From assembly GCA_976551045.1 (NCBI GenBank), contig CDPCPM010000050.1, forward strand, positions 11,656,001 to 11,720,000: a DNA stretch of 64,000 bases, read 5' to 3'. This DNA comes from Glaucostegus cemiculus (taxonomy: Eukaryota). The position numbers and the translations under genes were made by a program. The notes below the pieces were generated by a model. That model saw only the letters and a program-made list of their open reading frames with translations. It searched no databases and had not been told where the DNA came from. Below are positions 1 to 12,269 of this stretch, piece after piece (position 1 is the stretch's first letter; each line of letters starts with the position of its first letter).

Positions 1-849
1 AAAATCTGCTTTTCTATTCCTGTAAATCAGTGCTGATGCATCAAAATTTCCATAATATTGCACCCCTGATGTCAGAGTAGAATGAGTAGTTTTTTTAAAA
101 TTTCCTACATCATTTGCCAATATTCTCCTGTATTTGTGGTACCATGCATCCATTGATCTTGTGCTTCTTGGACTGTGTGTCCAATGTTTCCTATGCCCTG
201 CGTCATCCCATTAGTCATTGTCTTAATTTGTAACCCTAAAATCTTTCACACCATTTTCTCCCTTGTCCTTCCTGTGCAATGTGTTTGTCGCTTTGTTGTG
301 CTTTCCTTACCATATAATTATTGTGTTCTTTCCCTCACCCACACATATATTACAGCTTTGTGTTTTCTTTGTTATGCCCTCATTGCTTCCTTGTTCTTTC
401 TATGTTTTATGCATAGCCAGATTATTTTCTTGTGATTTCCATGCATTACCTCCTTTTTGTTCTGAGGATTTCCATGTTGTACATACATTGTGCATGAGCA
501 ATTTCCTTCTTGTGTCGTGATTTCCTTCTGATGCTTCCAATGTCTTGCCCTATTATTCTCTGTCCTCTTCAAATTTTACACTACATTTATCCACTGCCAT
601 CATTCTCCTTTACATAATATTCCCATTGGGTTTATAAATGAGTTATAGAGCTGTAAGGTATCCTGTAAATTTTCATTTCACCACTTATACTATAGATCAA
701 AGGTGGAAACCTGATTTTCATATTATTGGCCTATGAAGAGTGGTGCCCCATGATTTTGTCTGTGTTCTAGTGATTAACATCCATTTTCTGTTTGAAAGCA
801 CTTAACTTTGGTCCTATTAAAGCAACTTTCTTCATAGGACACTTCATGT

Positions 850-1157
850 TTTTCAGGTATCTGTACAATTGCCTTTTGAATGTTTCTGTTTAATCTATTT
901 CCACCATTGTATCTGAGAGTCTATTCCAAATCCGAACGATTTGTTACATAAAAATGATTTTCCTCATACTACCTATGCTTAGGACTCCAATCATTTAAAA
1001 TCTGCAATCTTCCATCCAGAGTTTCTCTTTATTTATTCTACCTGAACCTTTCATTCTTTCCCACACTCACATTAACTCTCCCCTCTGCTCGAGAAACAAC
1101 CTCAGCTCCTCCTTTCTACCCAGGTATTTCTCAGTCCTGAAGCCATTCCAGCGAATA
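850..1157 (-). mobile_element. Old CR1-type LINE 3' fragment
   Basis: Degenerate match to the CR1 3' region in the 23668 and 56915 copies (gccttttgaatgt...tccacc...ttccaaat...aaaaa...ttcctca). Confidence 0.55.
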
Positions 1158-1639
1158 TCATATAGGAGCTCAAGCTTTGCGTCTTGCAAGCTGGTGCATC
1201 TATGCAAATGCAAGTATCAATTGTGCACCTATTAAATTTCAATATATGCAGACACCTTTCTCAGGAGGAGTGACCACTCAGGGATTTGTAGAATACAAAC
1301 TTGGAGGGCAGCAGAGCAGGTCTCACCACAATAGTTTCACAGATAACGTTTGACATTGGTTATGAGTTCTTCATATTGTGGCCACGGGAGAAATCGCTCA
1401 ACAGGAGCTCCAGAAAAAGTTTACCTTCATACAGCCATAGAGAATTTAGGCAGCCATCTCATGATGTTAGACTGCCTCTGATGCCTTCATCCACAAGTGG
1501 AAAATCAAACCTACCCTGCACGCAATAGTGGACATGAAAATCAACATGGGTTCATATTTAACTGCTGTCCAAGGCACAAGTTTACCTGTAGCTTTCTAAC
1601 TTCCATCCAGAGAAACCTGGAGCTATTATTTGATTTCAC

Positions 1640-2175
1640 AACCCAGACATAACCATCTCTAAAATTGTAGATCTAATTGACAGATCAATATTCTGTCGCA
1701 GGCCAACATCCCCAGCATCAAGACTGAGATCACATTGGATCAGCTCCAGTGTGTGCCACACATCCCTCACATGCTCAACTACAGTCTCCTGAAATAGGCA
1801 TTCTGCTCAGAGCTTCACAATAGTTATAGATTACCAAGTGGACAAATAAAACAGTGTGCTCAAAGCCTCCTGTGCAAATATAACATCCTCACGAACTTAT
1901 GGAAATCCCTGGTCCCTATCCTCTGCTCAGAATGAAGAATGAGCATTGAGACCTTGCTCCTTTGTTGGGGCATTCACAACTCCAGCAAAAACAGTGGAAG
2001 GAGTGCACCACCTCACAAAGTAACCACCCACCACCCTGCCAAACATTTCCGGCCACCCTCCCACCCCCAATTCTGTGGTAGTGTCTGTAGGTCCCACATT
2101 GTCCTTATCAGTCACCTCAGTTTCTGCAGAACTTCAGTGGAAGCAAGTCGTTTTTAACCCCTAAGAACAAGGATG
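1640..2175 (+). mobile_element. RTE-clade LINE 3' fragment (decayed)
   Basis: Translates ILSQANIPSIKTEITLDQLQ...SELHNSYRLPSGQ, then the zinc-finger-like FCGSVCRSHIVLISHL, typical of RTE C-termini. Contains stops and frameshifts. Confidence 0.8.
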
Positions 2176-3293
2176 AATGAAGTACCCAAAAGGTAATGCA
2201 TTTAAAGGCTAATATAAGGGTGCAGTGTGGCATGTATGATTTAACTATTGTAAATACTGATCTAGGGTCTAACAGATGAACTGCAGATAGTTGACTTTCA
2301 GACCATGCATTTCATAACTGATGCAATACATTTGCTAATATAAAATCTCAATTTAAATAACTATGGCTAATTTGCCTGTTTTGGTTTAGATTGAACACTT
2401 TAAAAAGCTACAGGATTGTATTTTGTCTCCCCTTGGGTCAACACAACTAGTCCCTTGTTTTGCAATTTGACACAAATAAGGTAATTTTCTCCAACATTCC
2501 AGCCCTTTTTAGCAGAATAGAAACCCTGCTAATAAAGGAGTTTACAGGAATGCCACGCAAGATGCAGAAAATGTGCAGCACATTAATCACAGATCAATCG
2601 ACTCTGGATGATGGACTATGAATCCCAATTAGCATTATTAGCCATGGTGTCAGGGACATTGAGTCTGCTCTGTTTCACCTGCTTTAATCACAAATGAGAA
2701 TAACACGAAATATAAATGTTTTTTTCTCTGCGGCTAAATATTTGATAAATGATACCAAGATGTGTACGAGTGCAGGCACAGTCTGGAACGCAGCAGTGAT
2801 CAATATTATGTGGGGCCACAGCTGCACAGAAACGATTCAGTTCATGAGTTGTGACCTTATAAGCATAGATGCCAATCCAGCAAGGAAAAATAATGTGCAC
2901 CCTAAGCTGGAATTATCCACTTTTGTGATACATTCCTGGCTCACGTGGCCTTTAAGATGTGGGTGATTCTTGATACTCCAGGTCTTTGGTCAACTATTCA
3001 ACAGTCATGAGACTACTTGCATTCTTTCTCTGTTGTGTGAGCTTTTTCTTGTTTGTTTTCCCCATCCACCTGAGCCTTGTCGATTACAGGTGACTCTTCA
3101 TCTTCCATTCTTGCTCCTTCATGTTTACGGTAAAGGGGGAGTTTCCTTCTTTTCTGTAGTGAATTGCAGGAAAGCTCACTGCTAATCTGCCGTACACATT
3201 CCTCTGCCTCTCTGGGACTCCAGCTCGACCAGTCAACAGTTGTCGCAATATCAGCCTCTTTTTTTTCCCCTCTACCTTTGCTACCTCTCATGA

Positions 3294-3523
3294 GAGACAC
3301 AGAGATTGCAGATGCTAGGATCTGGAGCAACAAACAATCTGCTGTAGGAACTCAGAAGGATGAGAAACATTTGTGGGAGGAAAGGAATTGTCGACGTTTT
3401 GGGTCAAAGCCCTGCATCAGGGTCAATCCTGACTCAGCATTTCAACCCAAAACATTGACAATTCCTTTCGTCCCACAGATGCTGCTTGATCGGCTGAGTT
3501 CCTACAGCAGATTGTTAGTTGCC
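3294..3523 (-). mobile_element. Penelope-like fold-back element (two inverted pseudo-LTRs, no ORF)
   Basis: About 95-bp inverted arms (3327-3420 vs 3428-3522). Flanked by TSD ACCTCTCATGA at 3283-3293 and 3524-3534. Confidence 0.85.
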
Positions 3524-3539
3524 ACCTCTCATGATGTTG

Positions 3540-3830
3540 GTTCATAGCCACCACTTTAATTCCTCTCAGCAGGGCTAGCCACAGGAAGCGCTGCAAGTTG
3601 TCTTCAAATGCTCTGGCTGGGAGGCTTTTTAATAACTGGTGGGCCTTTTTCTGAATGCCATCCAGTGAGTGTTCATCTGCGGATGTCTGATGAGGATGGA
3701 ATGGGGCTCGTGTGTACTGATTCACAGTGGTGAATAACATGATTAGGAAAAGGCCAATTGAATGAGGTACTGGATTTCAATGGCACTTGAGGGTTTGTAT
3801 CCCAACATCAATTGGTACCGTCAGGAGATG
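3540..3830 (-). mobile_element. Highly decayed non-LTR retrotransposon fragment
   Basis: ORF 3423-3740 reads SADEHSLDGIQKKAHQLL...LQRFLWL, resembling the post-RT LD.IQKKA motif of CR1/L2-group LINEs. Confidence 0.35.
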
Positions 3831-6800
3831 AGAAATGAGGCTAAAGCTAAAAGAATGCATAGAACTAAATTTAGGAGAAGATGACAATAACCCATTTAAA
3901 CTCTGTTTTAGTGCTTTCAGACAATATCAGATGGAATATAGTTTTTTTGTAACTCATTCTAAGACACACCCATGTAATGATCAATCTGCACCGTCTGGGA
4001 AATGCAAAATAAATTGCACTGAGATACAACTCCTTTACTGCAACATAATGAGTTTTAGAATAGCATTATAATTTTATTGTCATAGGTTTGAACCCATGCC
4101 TGTACTTAAACAAGAGAACCTGTTGAATTTAAGAGCATTCTGCACTGGATTACTTATTTATTTTATTTATCTAAAAATGGGCTCTCAGGATTATGCAGCA
4201 TTCTTACAGATTAACTTCCAGTCATTAAAATCAGACACCACACTGACATTCCTTTTTGTGAATACAGATTCTTAGAAGAGTGATTGATTGGTGCCATCAA
4301 CTACTACTAGCCATTCATCCTGATGCAATATTATGGTTTGGGTTTGATGATCAGTACCGTGTTAAGGCATACGGTGACCAACAAAACAAATCAACTATGT
4401 TGATATGCGTTTACAGTAAAATATATTTAATTCTAATCATCAGCGGTTATCCATTAACAGGTATAATAAGGCTGGTTTGAATCACTAATCTCAAATTTTT
4501 TTGCATTGATTTTTCTCATTGATCTTCTTAAAACTAATCTCAGTATTAAAAAATAGATGGAATATCTGATACAAATTCAGGCCAAGCTGCAGACTGCTAA
4601 TGGCTTCAGCAGTGCCTTTTCCAGTCAAACAGTACTTTTGGAGCAGCTGCCTTTATCCCATTTAAAAAAATTTCAAAACCCTCGTGTCTAATTCTGTGAG
4701 TTGGCCTGTGGTAGGCAGCAAATTCATCTGCAGCAAGTTTCACAGAAAATAAACAATTCTAAAGCAATAATTGAGTACTGTGCAGAGAAGAAAATCTCCT
4801 GTGTAATGCAGCTTAGACCATTATTTCAATGAGTTTGGTTTTAATACATGCCAACTGTCCCTGTATTAAAGTTGCAATATCTCTTCTCCAGGGCTTGCTG
4901 CAGATTAAATCCCAACATCAGAAACAGTTTCGATATCAGATGGGTTATGGAGTTCTTTGAAAAGAGAAAATAGAAATTCAAAAGAGGGTGGAGAAAGTTT
5001 AACTCAATGTTTTACTGCTTTTGAAGATAGCTTGGCAATGGAGTAACCTATACATCATTAATTTGTAGCTCTTCACATCTAATATTACTACTGCTTAACA
5101 GCTAGCTTCAGTAGTTTATTTCTACATCTGTAGATATTAACATTTTTATTTCCTGTTTTCATGAATCTCTGTGACTGATGATGTGGAACCTGCTTTTGAT
5201 ATTGCTCTTGAAGAGTAATTACCAGCAAGAAATCTTTAAGAATTACCTGTTAACAAAATGTAACCATGTTGCTGCATCCTTGAATCAGTTTTTTATATGT
5301 AAGCAAAATGGTACAAGGTTTACGTAGCTTCATAGACAGTGGAAAGTGTAGTGTGGAGGTCAGGCATGCAAAGATTTCATTGAAATGCCAATCACATCTA
5401 CCTTTATTTTTTTAAGTGAATGTTTATTTTAAACATATTAGATTGTGGATACCAGGTTTAGTTTAGCTGCCCTCACAGCCAAACTGCAGTATGGTTTGAA
5501 GAGCAGAATCTCATGTAAGTTCTAAATTTGGCTGGGAATTCCCAGGTAAAGTCTTAGTTATCATTAAACTCTTGTCCTGGACCCATGATGTTGATGGAAC
5601 TTAATACAATAGCTTCTGAAAACTTGTGCTTTCCTGTGACAAATAAATCACAACTTCAAGGCAGTTTGCGGACCTGATCGCAGATCAAGTCCAGGAGAGT
5701 AACGGTGAACATACAGACCATAAAACATCCTTGATAAAAGAGGTATGCAGGACAGATATTACCACAACTGTATTATTCTATTTTTAAAAGTCTGAGTGTC
5801 ACCATCATTATGATCTGATGACCACATAACCTGATTCAGTGTTGCATTCTCAATCATCAATTATTTTCTGTTTTTTTACCACAAAGAAACCAGACAGTTC
5901 TGCAGCTGTTGTGTTGGGCTGCTTATAGTTTCCTTACAGAGCAATGGATAGTTAAAAGGAAGTAGGTCTCACACCAGAACAGTTGTAGTTTAAAGCATAA
6001 GAGTCTGTGCCCAGTTTGAAGCATACGTGACAAAAATAGTTATTTGTGTTCTTGGTACTATTATTATGCAATATTATCAAATTAACTCTATTTTTAAAGT
6101 GCTATCAACCATCTGTATCACTCAGGCAAGCTTAAGAAGCTACCTTTGGTTCCTGAGAATATCAGTCTGATTCCAATATTGGTATTGATCATGCTGAACC
6201 CAGTCTTTGCGTTGCTCTTGGCCCCCACGTGACTCCTGTGGCCTCACCAATCTTTCATGGCACTTCATGTGAAATCGAGCTCTAGACCGCGCTGCCACAT
6301 CTATCTGACAAACTGGAGCAGGCTGCCAGGCAAATAGGCCTCAACTCTGGACCACCCTGAGGGCCCTTTGGCACCTCCTGCTGTCAAAAGTCTTTTCAGA
6401 GGCATTTAAAAACAGTTGATATATAAATATATAAAATTTAAAGCACGAATGGAGTTGTGCTGCATACACTGGTCAGGGCCAGAAGCAAAGTGAATCTGGT
6501 CCATTAGCTCAGCTAGACTGAGCCATGCCTCAGATTCAGTGCTGAATCCAGCAGTAAAACAGGTAGTCAGATGCATTGGCAATGCTCAGAAGGCACTAAT
6601 GGCAAAGGGGACCTTTCTAGCAGTTCCTTACCAAGGGAATAATAAGACTTATGTCTCATTTCTGTAACCTTTGACATTGTTGGATTGATATTCAGTTGGT
6701 ATTAAAAGTTTATCTAAATAGTCTGATCTTGTCTAATTTTTTCCATCTGAGTTGTTGACCTAAAAGCATTTTGGTTATTTCATATCCACCTATCTCTATC

Positions 6801-7698
6801 CATTGGTAGTTTTCATGGGAGCTTCCACTGGGACATCATAGATAAATTCATGCTGATACTGTCAATTTACAATGCAATTTTCAGCTGCATTGTCATTAAA
6901 ACAGTTCAGTTCCAATGTGTGAATGTGACCAAGAAGAGACAGAGGTTTCAGAGCATCTTTTCATTGTTCATTGAATATTGGCCTCCTCAGGTTCTGCCAT
7001 TTCTACGATCATTTGAAATAATGGGTCTTGAGCTTTAGAGCTATTGTTAATTTTCGATTCATTTTGTTTTCTAAATGGGGTTGGAAAAGCACCTTACAAA
7101 TATTCCATTAGAGACTACCCCCTTCATGCCTGAATGAGATGGCCTTGGTATCTGGTCCAGTTTCATCAGAGGCATCTGGTGATATTCCACGTCAAGAGGA
7201 AACCCAAGAATATGACAAGGGAGAATTGCAGAGTGAATGCATTAGAAAGGGGCAAAGATTACATAAAATGTCTCCACGAGGATCTTAGCTGAACCCAGGG
7301 TCTGTCATCAGTAGGGTTCAGAGCAGAATTCAGTGGAGAAACCTTGGGATTTTTTTTATCATCTTCTTGGGTTGCCCACTTCTTGGCTCATAGTGTTAAT
7401 ATACAAAGAAAGAAGGATAATCTGTCAGTTCCTGCTGTCGCTCCTTGTATGTGATGTGATGAGAGAGAGTCGCTAGTAGATATTTCAGCAAAAGTGGAAG
7501 GAAATACCAGATAATTTTGTGAGGATAAATTCCTCAGTGTCCAATTTTCCTATTGTTGCTGTTTTCATTGTGCTTGAATTTGGATGGGATTCTGAGGACT
7601 CTCTTCACAAATCCTATCACACGTTTAGGTTTTTCCAAGAGTTTATCTAAATAATTTGAAAGTACCAAAAATTTTTAATCAATAGTGTGTATAATGTA

Positions 7699-7852
7699 GA
7701 CACAGGAAATTGCAGATGCTGGAATCTGGAGCAAAAAACAAAATGCAGGAGGAACTCAATGGATCAGGCAGTATCTGTGGAAAACGATGGACAGTCAATG
7801 TCTCAGGTCGAGATGCTTCAGCTGGACTGAAAAAGTAGAGGGGAGATAGCCA
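7699..7852 (-). mobile_element. Solo Penelope-like pseudo-LTR
   Basis: Reads gcagatgctggaatctggagc...ggaactcaa...gcagtatctgtgg...caggtcgagatgcttcagctggac. Direct repeat GTATAATGTA at 7689-7698 and 7853-7862. Confidence 0.8.
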
Positions 7853-8010
7853 GTATAATGTACACTGTTACATGCATCTTTGTCATTTTCTTCAGTAAAT
7901 TATTTTATTCATGAATAAATCTGACCCTTGGTTTAACTTCTTGGTTACATGGTTCAACACCCTCGTACTTACCATCAACATGGCTCCGCAGATGCTGAGG
8001 AAATTCTAGG

Positions 8011-8055
8011 CACTTCTCTGATGAAAGATCAAATATCTGAAATGTCAGCTCAGTT
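8011..8055 (+). ncRNA. Degenerate hammerhead ribozyme motif in a pseudo-LTR remnant
   Basis: CTGATGA (8018-8024), a, stem AGAT/ATCT, GAAA, tGTC. Core intact; stems I and III eroded. Confidence 0.5.
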
Positions 8056-8825
8056 TCCTTCTTCATTGACCAGAAAATTATCTGAATCAGGAAGCACTTA
8101 GTTCCAACTGCAAGAATATGTCAGAGGCTGCAGTAAGGGGGAAAACTGTTTACTATCTGCAAGGCTCCAGTCAGGACTTCAGGAGAAGTTTTGTGCAGAT
8201 GCAGAGACATTGAAAAATCCTTTACCTCATTTCGGCACCAAGCAGCCTGCTCCGTTGACATTATGGGTCCCATGGTGCCTATATCAGCAGTCACAGATTC
8301 AATAGCAGAAAGTACAGTTGCTAGAGGGAGTTTCTGCTGCAGATCATTTCTGTAGTTGGCATGCTCTCCGAGGTTGACTGCAATCCTGCATACATATCCA
8401 TTATGGTGTCACAGATGTGACTGGAGGCTTCTCTAACTGAGTCACTATCTGCAGCAAATTCAGGAAAATTATCTCCACTTCCTGTATATCATGCTGATGT
8501 TTTGCAAACATCTTTCATGTTAAAGCAGGGTGTCTCTAATCTAGGGTCCCTAAGCTCTTCAGGTGAAACCAGATATTCCCTCAAGTTCAGAACAGCAGCA
8601 TCTTTGGATACTGTTAGACAAAGTGACATGTAGAATGTAAAATATTTCCTGGTTGGATGACTTAAAATGCCTGAATAATCACCTTCATCTGTATTTATTT
8701 TGCAAATCAAGAATGATGTGAATGTGAGTTAATGTACTTGGAGCTGTGATTTGTTGAGCAAGATTAGACAGAAGAAATACAGAAGTAAATTATGGAGCAG
8801 TCAAATATATTAATTAAAAGAAGGA

Positions 8826-8962
8826 TTTGCATTATTTTATCACCTGTCATGATCTCTGGATATCCCAAAGCACTTTTCAGCCAATTAAGTGATGCTGAAG
8901 TATAGTGACTGTAATAATGTAAGAAATATGCCAGCCAATTTCTGCACAACAAGTCCCCAACA
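8826..8962 (-). mobile_element. Ancient Deu-type SINE / L2-like 3' tail
   Basis: gatatcccaaagcacttttcagccaattaagt...gtgactgtaataatgtaagaaa...gccagccaatttctgcacaacaag. The same tail recurs at 41660, 43560 and 50440. Confidence 0.65.
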
Positions 8963-8974
8963 ACAATACTTTCT

Positions 8975-9290
8975 ACCAGCAGACTTCTGAATTCTAGGTC
9001 TCTTGCATTGCTTCAACCAATCGTAAACCTTTGGAATGTTATTTTACATTTTCCCTAGGTACTGTGCTTCTCTTTGGTCTTGACGTTACAGTCTCTTAGG
9101 ATTTTGTTATCCTAGAGAATCCATTGCATTTTCTTTATGCCTGTCTCTTACCCTCTCCGTGTTCCAGTTCTGAAAAAAGATCTACCCTTAAAACATGAAT
9201 CTGTCTTTTCTCTTAGTAGACGTTCAGGGATCGTCTGGGCATTCCTGATGTTATATGCTTTCTTTTAGAAATACCCAGCATTTGCATTTT
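8975..9290 (+). mobile_element. Decayed Penelope-like element 3' end
   Basis: ILGLLHCF remnant of the GIY-YIG C-terminus followed by a degenerate pseudo-LTR (ccagttctgaaaaaagatc...cagcatttgcattttt). Confidence 0.55.
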
Positions 9291-9335
9291 TAAATGTATA
9301 CACTAGTATGGATTACATGTTTACAGTCATTTGAA

Positions 9336-9438
9336 ATAAAAAAACAAAAAATGCTGGAAGCACCGTAAAAACTGTTTCCAACATTCTCTCTTTTTATTTC
9401 AGATCTAGAACACCTGCAACTTTTTGATTTTCCTTTTA
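9336..9438 (+). mobile_element. Miniature Penelope-derived fold-back element
   Basis: Inverted pseudo-LTR ends (aaatgctggaa ... ttccaacatt...tttttatttcaga). TSD AGTCATTTGAA at 9325-9335 and 9439-9449. Confidence 0.7.
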
Positions 9439-11091
9439 AGTCATTTGAATTTGCATTGGTAAATTGTTTATTTGATGCATAAAATGAATGCTCACCAATT
9501 ACAAAAACTGAAGCTTTGTTTTCTGAGCAGCAGGAAGGGCTTTCCCTCATCCCTCCTTTATTGTGTATAAGTGTAAGGATACCCTTAAAAACTAACCGAA
9601 CATATAGTATGCCTATGAAACATAGTTGTTTCAGTCTTTGCCTTATAGCAGTTACTTTCTTCAGTAAAGAATATTATGTTGATTGCTTCACTCTGTTTAT
9701 TAAATTCAGATAGACAGAAAAAACAAAACAGCCTGTGATGATTCATTTGGGTTACCATCCAGTAGGCTTTGTGTCTCCACCATATCTTCCCCCATTAATG
9801 TCATTTCATGTCCATGGTGAGCTCTTGATCTCCTGTTGTACGTGGGACCTCTGGTTTGCCCTGAAAGAGAGGTAGGGAAGATCCACAATAACAGCAACTT
9901 TTAAAAAGCTGCCACTTGAAATTGAAAGGATTCATAGACTTTAAGGTGGGTGGTTGCAAGAATGGCAATGAAACTTTGACTATTAGTCAAAGGATATGTG
10001 AGGTATCCGTGAAATACCACAGGATGGAAAAAACAAATGTAGAAATTACTTTGTGGGCAACTACTTGTATGGAACAGAAACCATATCCTACTTGATGGAT
10101 GGCAAAGTGCAGGTGCTGTTCAGTGATGCTAGTGTGAGGGGGGCTGTCTTTTTTTGGCACTCCAGGCCATCTTCCATAGAAGCCAACTGCATTTTATGTC
10201 TAGCAGGATGTAAGCTAGTAGCACAGTACCTACTGATCTGGGAACAGATGCGAAAGCAGATGGACAGCCTTAAGAAAGCTGCCAAGGTTGCCCAACAACA
10301 CCATACAACAGATAGATAGCCCTTCTAGGCATTGCCAACAAAGTGTTGACTGCCAACCTACTAAACAATTATTGCTGTCCCATGCCAACCCTTCATACAA
10401 CCTTATAATGCTTAACTATGCATGCCCATACTCCAGAAGGGCACTCATTCAAGCTGCTGACATCTTATAAGGGGCAATTAACAGTTCAGACCTGTTTCAG
10501 ACACCTTTTCAGATTCAATAGCATCAGTTACCTCTGTAAGCAGTCTGTTTTATTTTTGCCCCATCCTATATCAATCCTATATACTGAGTCAGTGTCTTGA
10601 GAGTTTCACAAATATATCCTTCCAAATTCTTTGAAAATCAATAGAGTTAACGAGATTAAATGAAATAAGAAGTGCATCAATAGCTAGGATGCTCAACATG
10701 TAAGTAGTTAGGTTGCTGTCTTGTTAATAAGCCTCGATCACTTTGAATATTTATTTGGATAAATAGTTGCTTTGTTCATAAAATCACTTTGGTTTCACAT
10801 AATGATGTTAAAAACTATGAATGTCGATGTCCACTTTGATGTGTTGTTTTATTTAACTTAAACAGAACTTTCTGTCAATATGCTGATGAGTTTCAATAAC
10901 TTGCTGTTGTCTATGTGCAAAAACACAGCAACATCAGGCAAGGGCAGCTGCAGTTAAATGCAAACACCCAGACATTGATAACTGTGATACACAGTTCTGA
11001 TAAGAACTTTATGTAAGTAACAACACCCTGTCCTGTTTACCATTGAAATCCATTGAGTGGAAGGAAGTTTCTGTACTTACATGGTAGATAG

Positions 11092-11170
11092 CAACCAAAC
11101 CTGCTACAGAGAAAATTAGGGGTTTTCTGTTTAAGGAGATGTCTGATTTTCTCTGTAACAGGTTTGGTTG
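11092..11170. repeat. Inverted repeat, 28-bp arms, 23-nt loop
   Basis: caaccaaacctgctacagagaaaattag (11092-11119) vs ctgattttctctgtaacaggtttggttg (11143-11170); 26/28 complementary. Confidence 0.9.
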
Positions 11171-12269
11171 GTTTCTCTTAATAAAAAAATCAGGTATTCA
11201 AATTTCAACACCAAGTAGTTTTTTGTCTTCTACGTATAACAAACAAAATGAGGAGAGGATTTTCAATTTGTGTTGATAAATGATAATTTCATTTCTGTCT
11301 CCCTAAGTCCCTTCTCTGGCACCTCAGCCTTTTTTTCCCTTGCTTGCACTCTCCCTCCTCTACCATCATATGTATGTTTTCCTCTCTCCCACTTTTTATT
11401 CTGTCCCTCGTCGTCAGGCTGCCAAGCAGTGTTAATGAACTGCTGCTTATGTGATTCAAATCATAATGACATTTTCTGCTTCCATTATAGCTTTACAGTC
11501 AAAAACAGAACTGTTTCAGTGTGGGAACAATGTCAGATTTCCTGCTGTTGAGTCTCCAGTCTCTACACTCTCTGGTGAAGGACCTTGAACTTTATTTCCA
11601 TAATGTGGAGGATGTGTCTGTTTCCTGACTGCTCCACATAGCAACCTCCAATAATTGCTATCAAACTTCACATGTGATACTACTTGAACTACATAGACTC
11701 CAGTGTTGAAGTTCCCATTCCCAATTCCACCAAAAAGGCACTCATTCCTATTACAAGCAACACAAGAGACTCTTGTAACTACAGGCCATGTTTTGAGGTG
11801 AATATAGTTGAGCCCTATTAAGCCACTTGATATGCCAGCCACACTCGGGATATAACAGTTTCTAAAGCATATGTCATGACTGATCCTCTTTTGAAAAACA
11901 GTCACAAAGAGTTATAATTAATGTTAACCCGTCGACTGCCATATGACTGTAAATTCAAATAGGTTTTCAACTCATGTTTTCAGCAGCAAAAAAAATGTAC
12001 ATTTTTCCTTTTTTGATATTTTAACATTTGCATATTCATCAGGAAAATGGAATCTAATATAGTAAATGAACTGTATTTGACAGGAAAGTTCAAATGAATC
12101 GATCAATGAAGTGCTTGGGATTATACAAAATTAATTTCTCAGCATATGTGATAGTTTACCAAAAATTTCCTTTTGACCACTTAGAAAAGAAGAGCTACAT
12201 TATCTGAGTCTCAGTCTTAACACTGAGTGACAGCACAAACTGATACCATTCGGTGCCTGTGAGCTTCCA

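Noticed and set aside
130-640. Pyrimidine-rich tract with overlapping hydrophobic ORFs
   Set aside because: T-rich low complexity yields Phe/Leu/Cys-rich pseudo-ORFs; no clear period or homology.
4362-4377. ttaaggcatacggtga resembles mature miR-124 (14/16)
   Set aside because: One mismatch falls in the seed, there is no precursor-length hairpin, and such a match is expected by chance across many miRNAs.
11516-11905. 129-aa minus-strand ORF
   Set aside because: GTG start, weak acceptor and no recognisable homology; compatible with chance.
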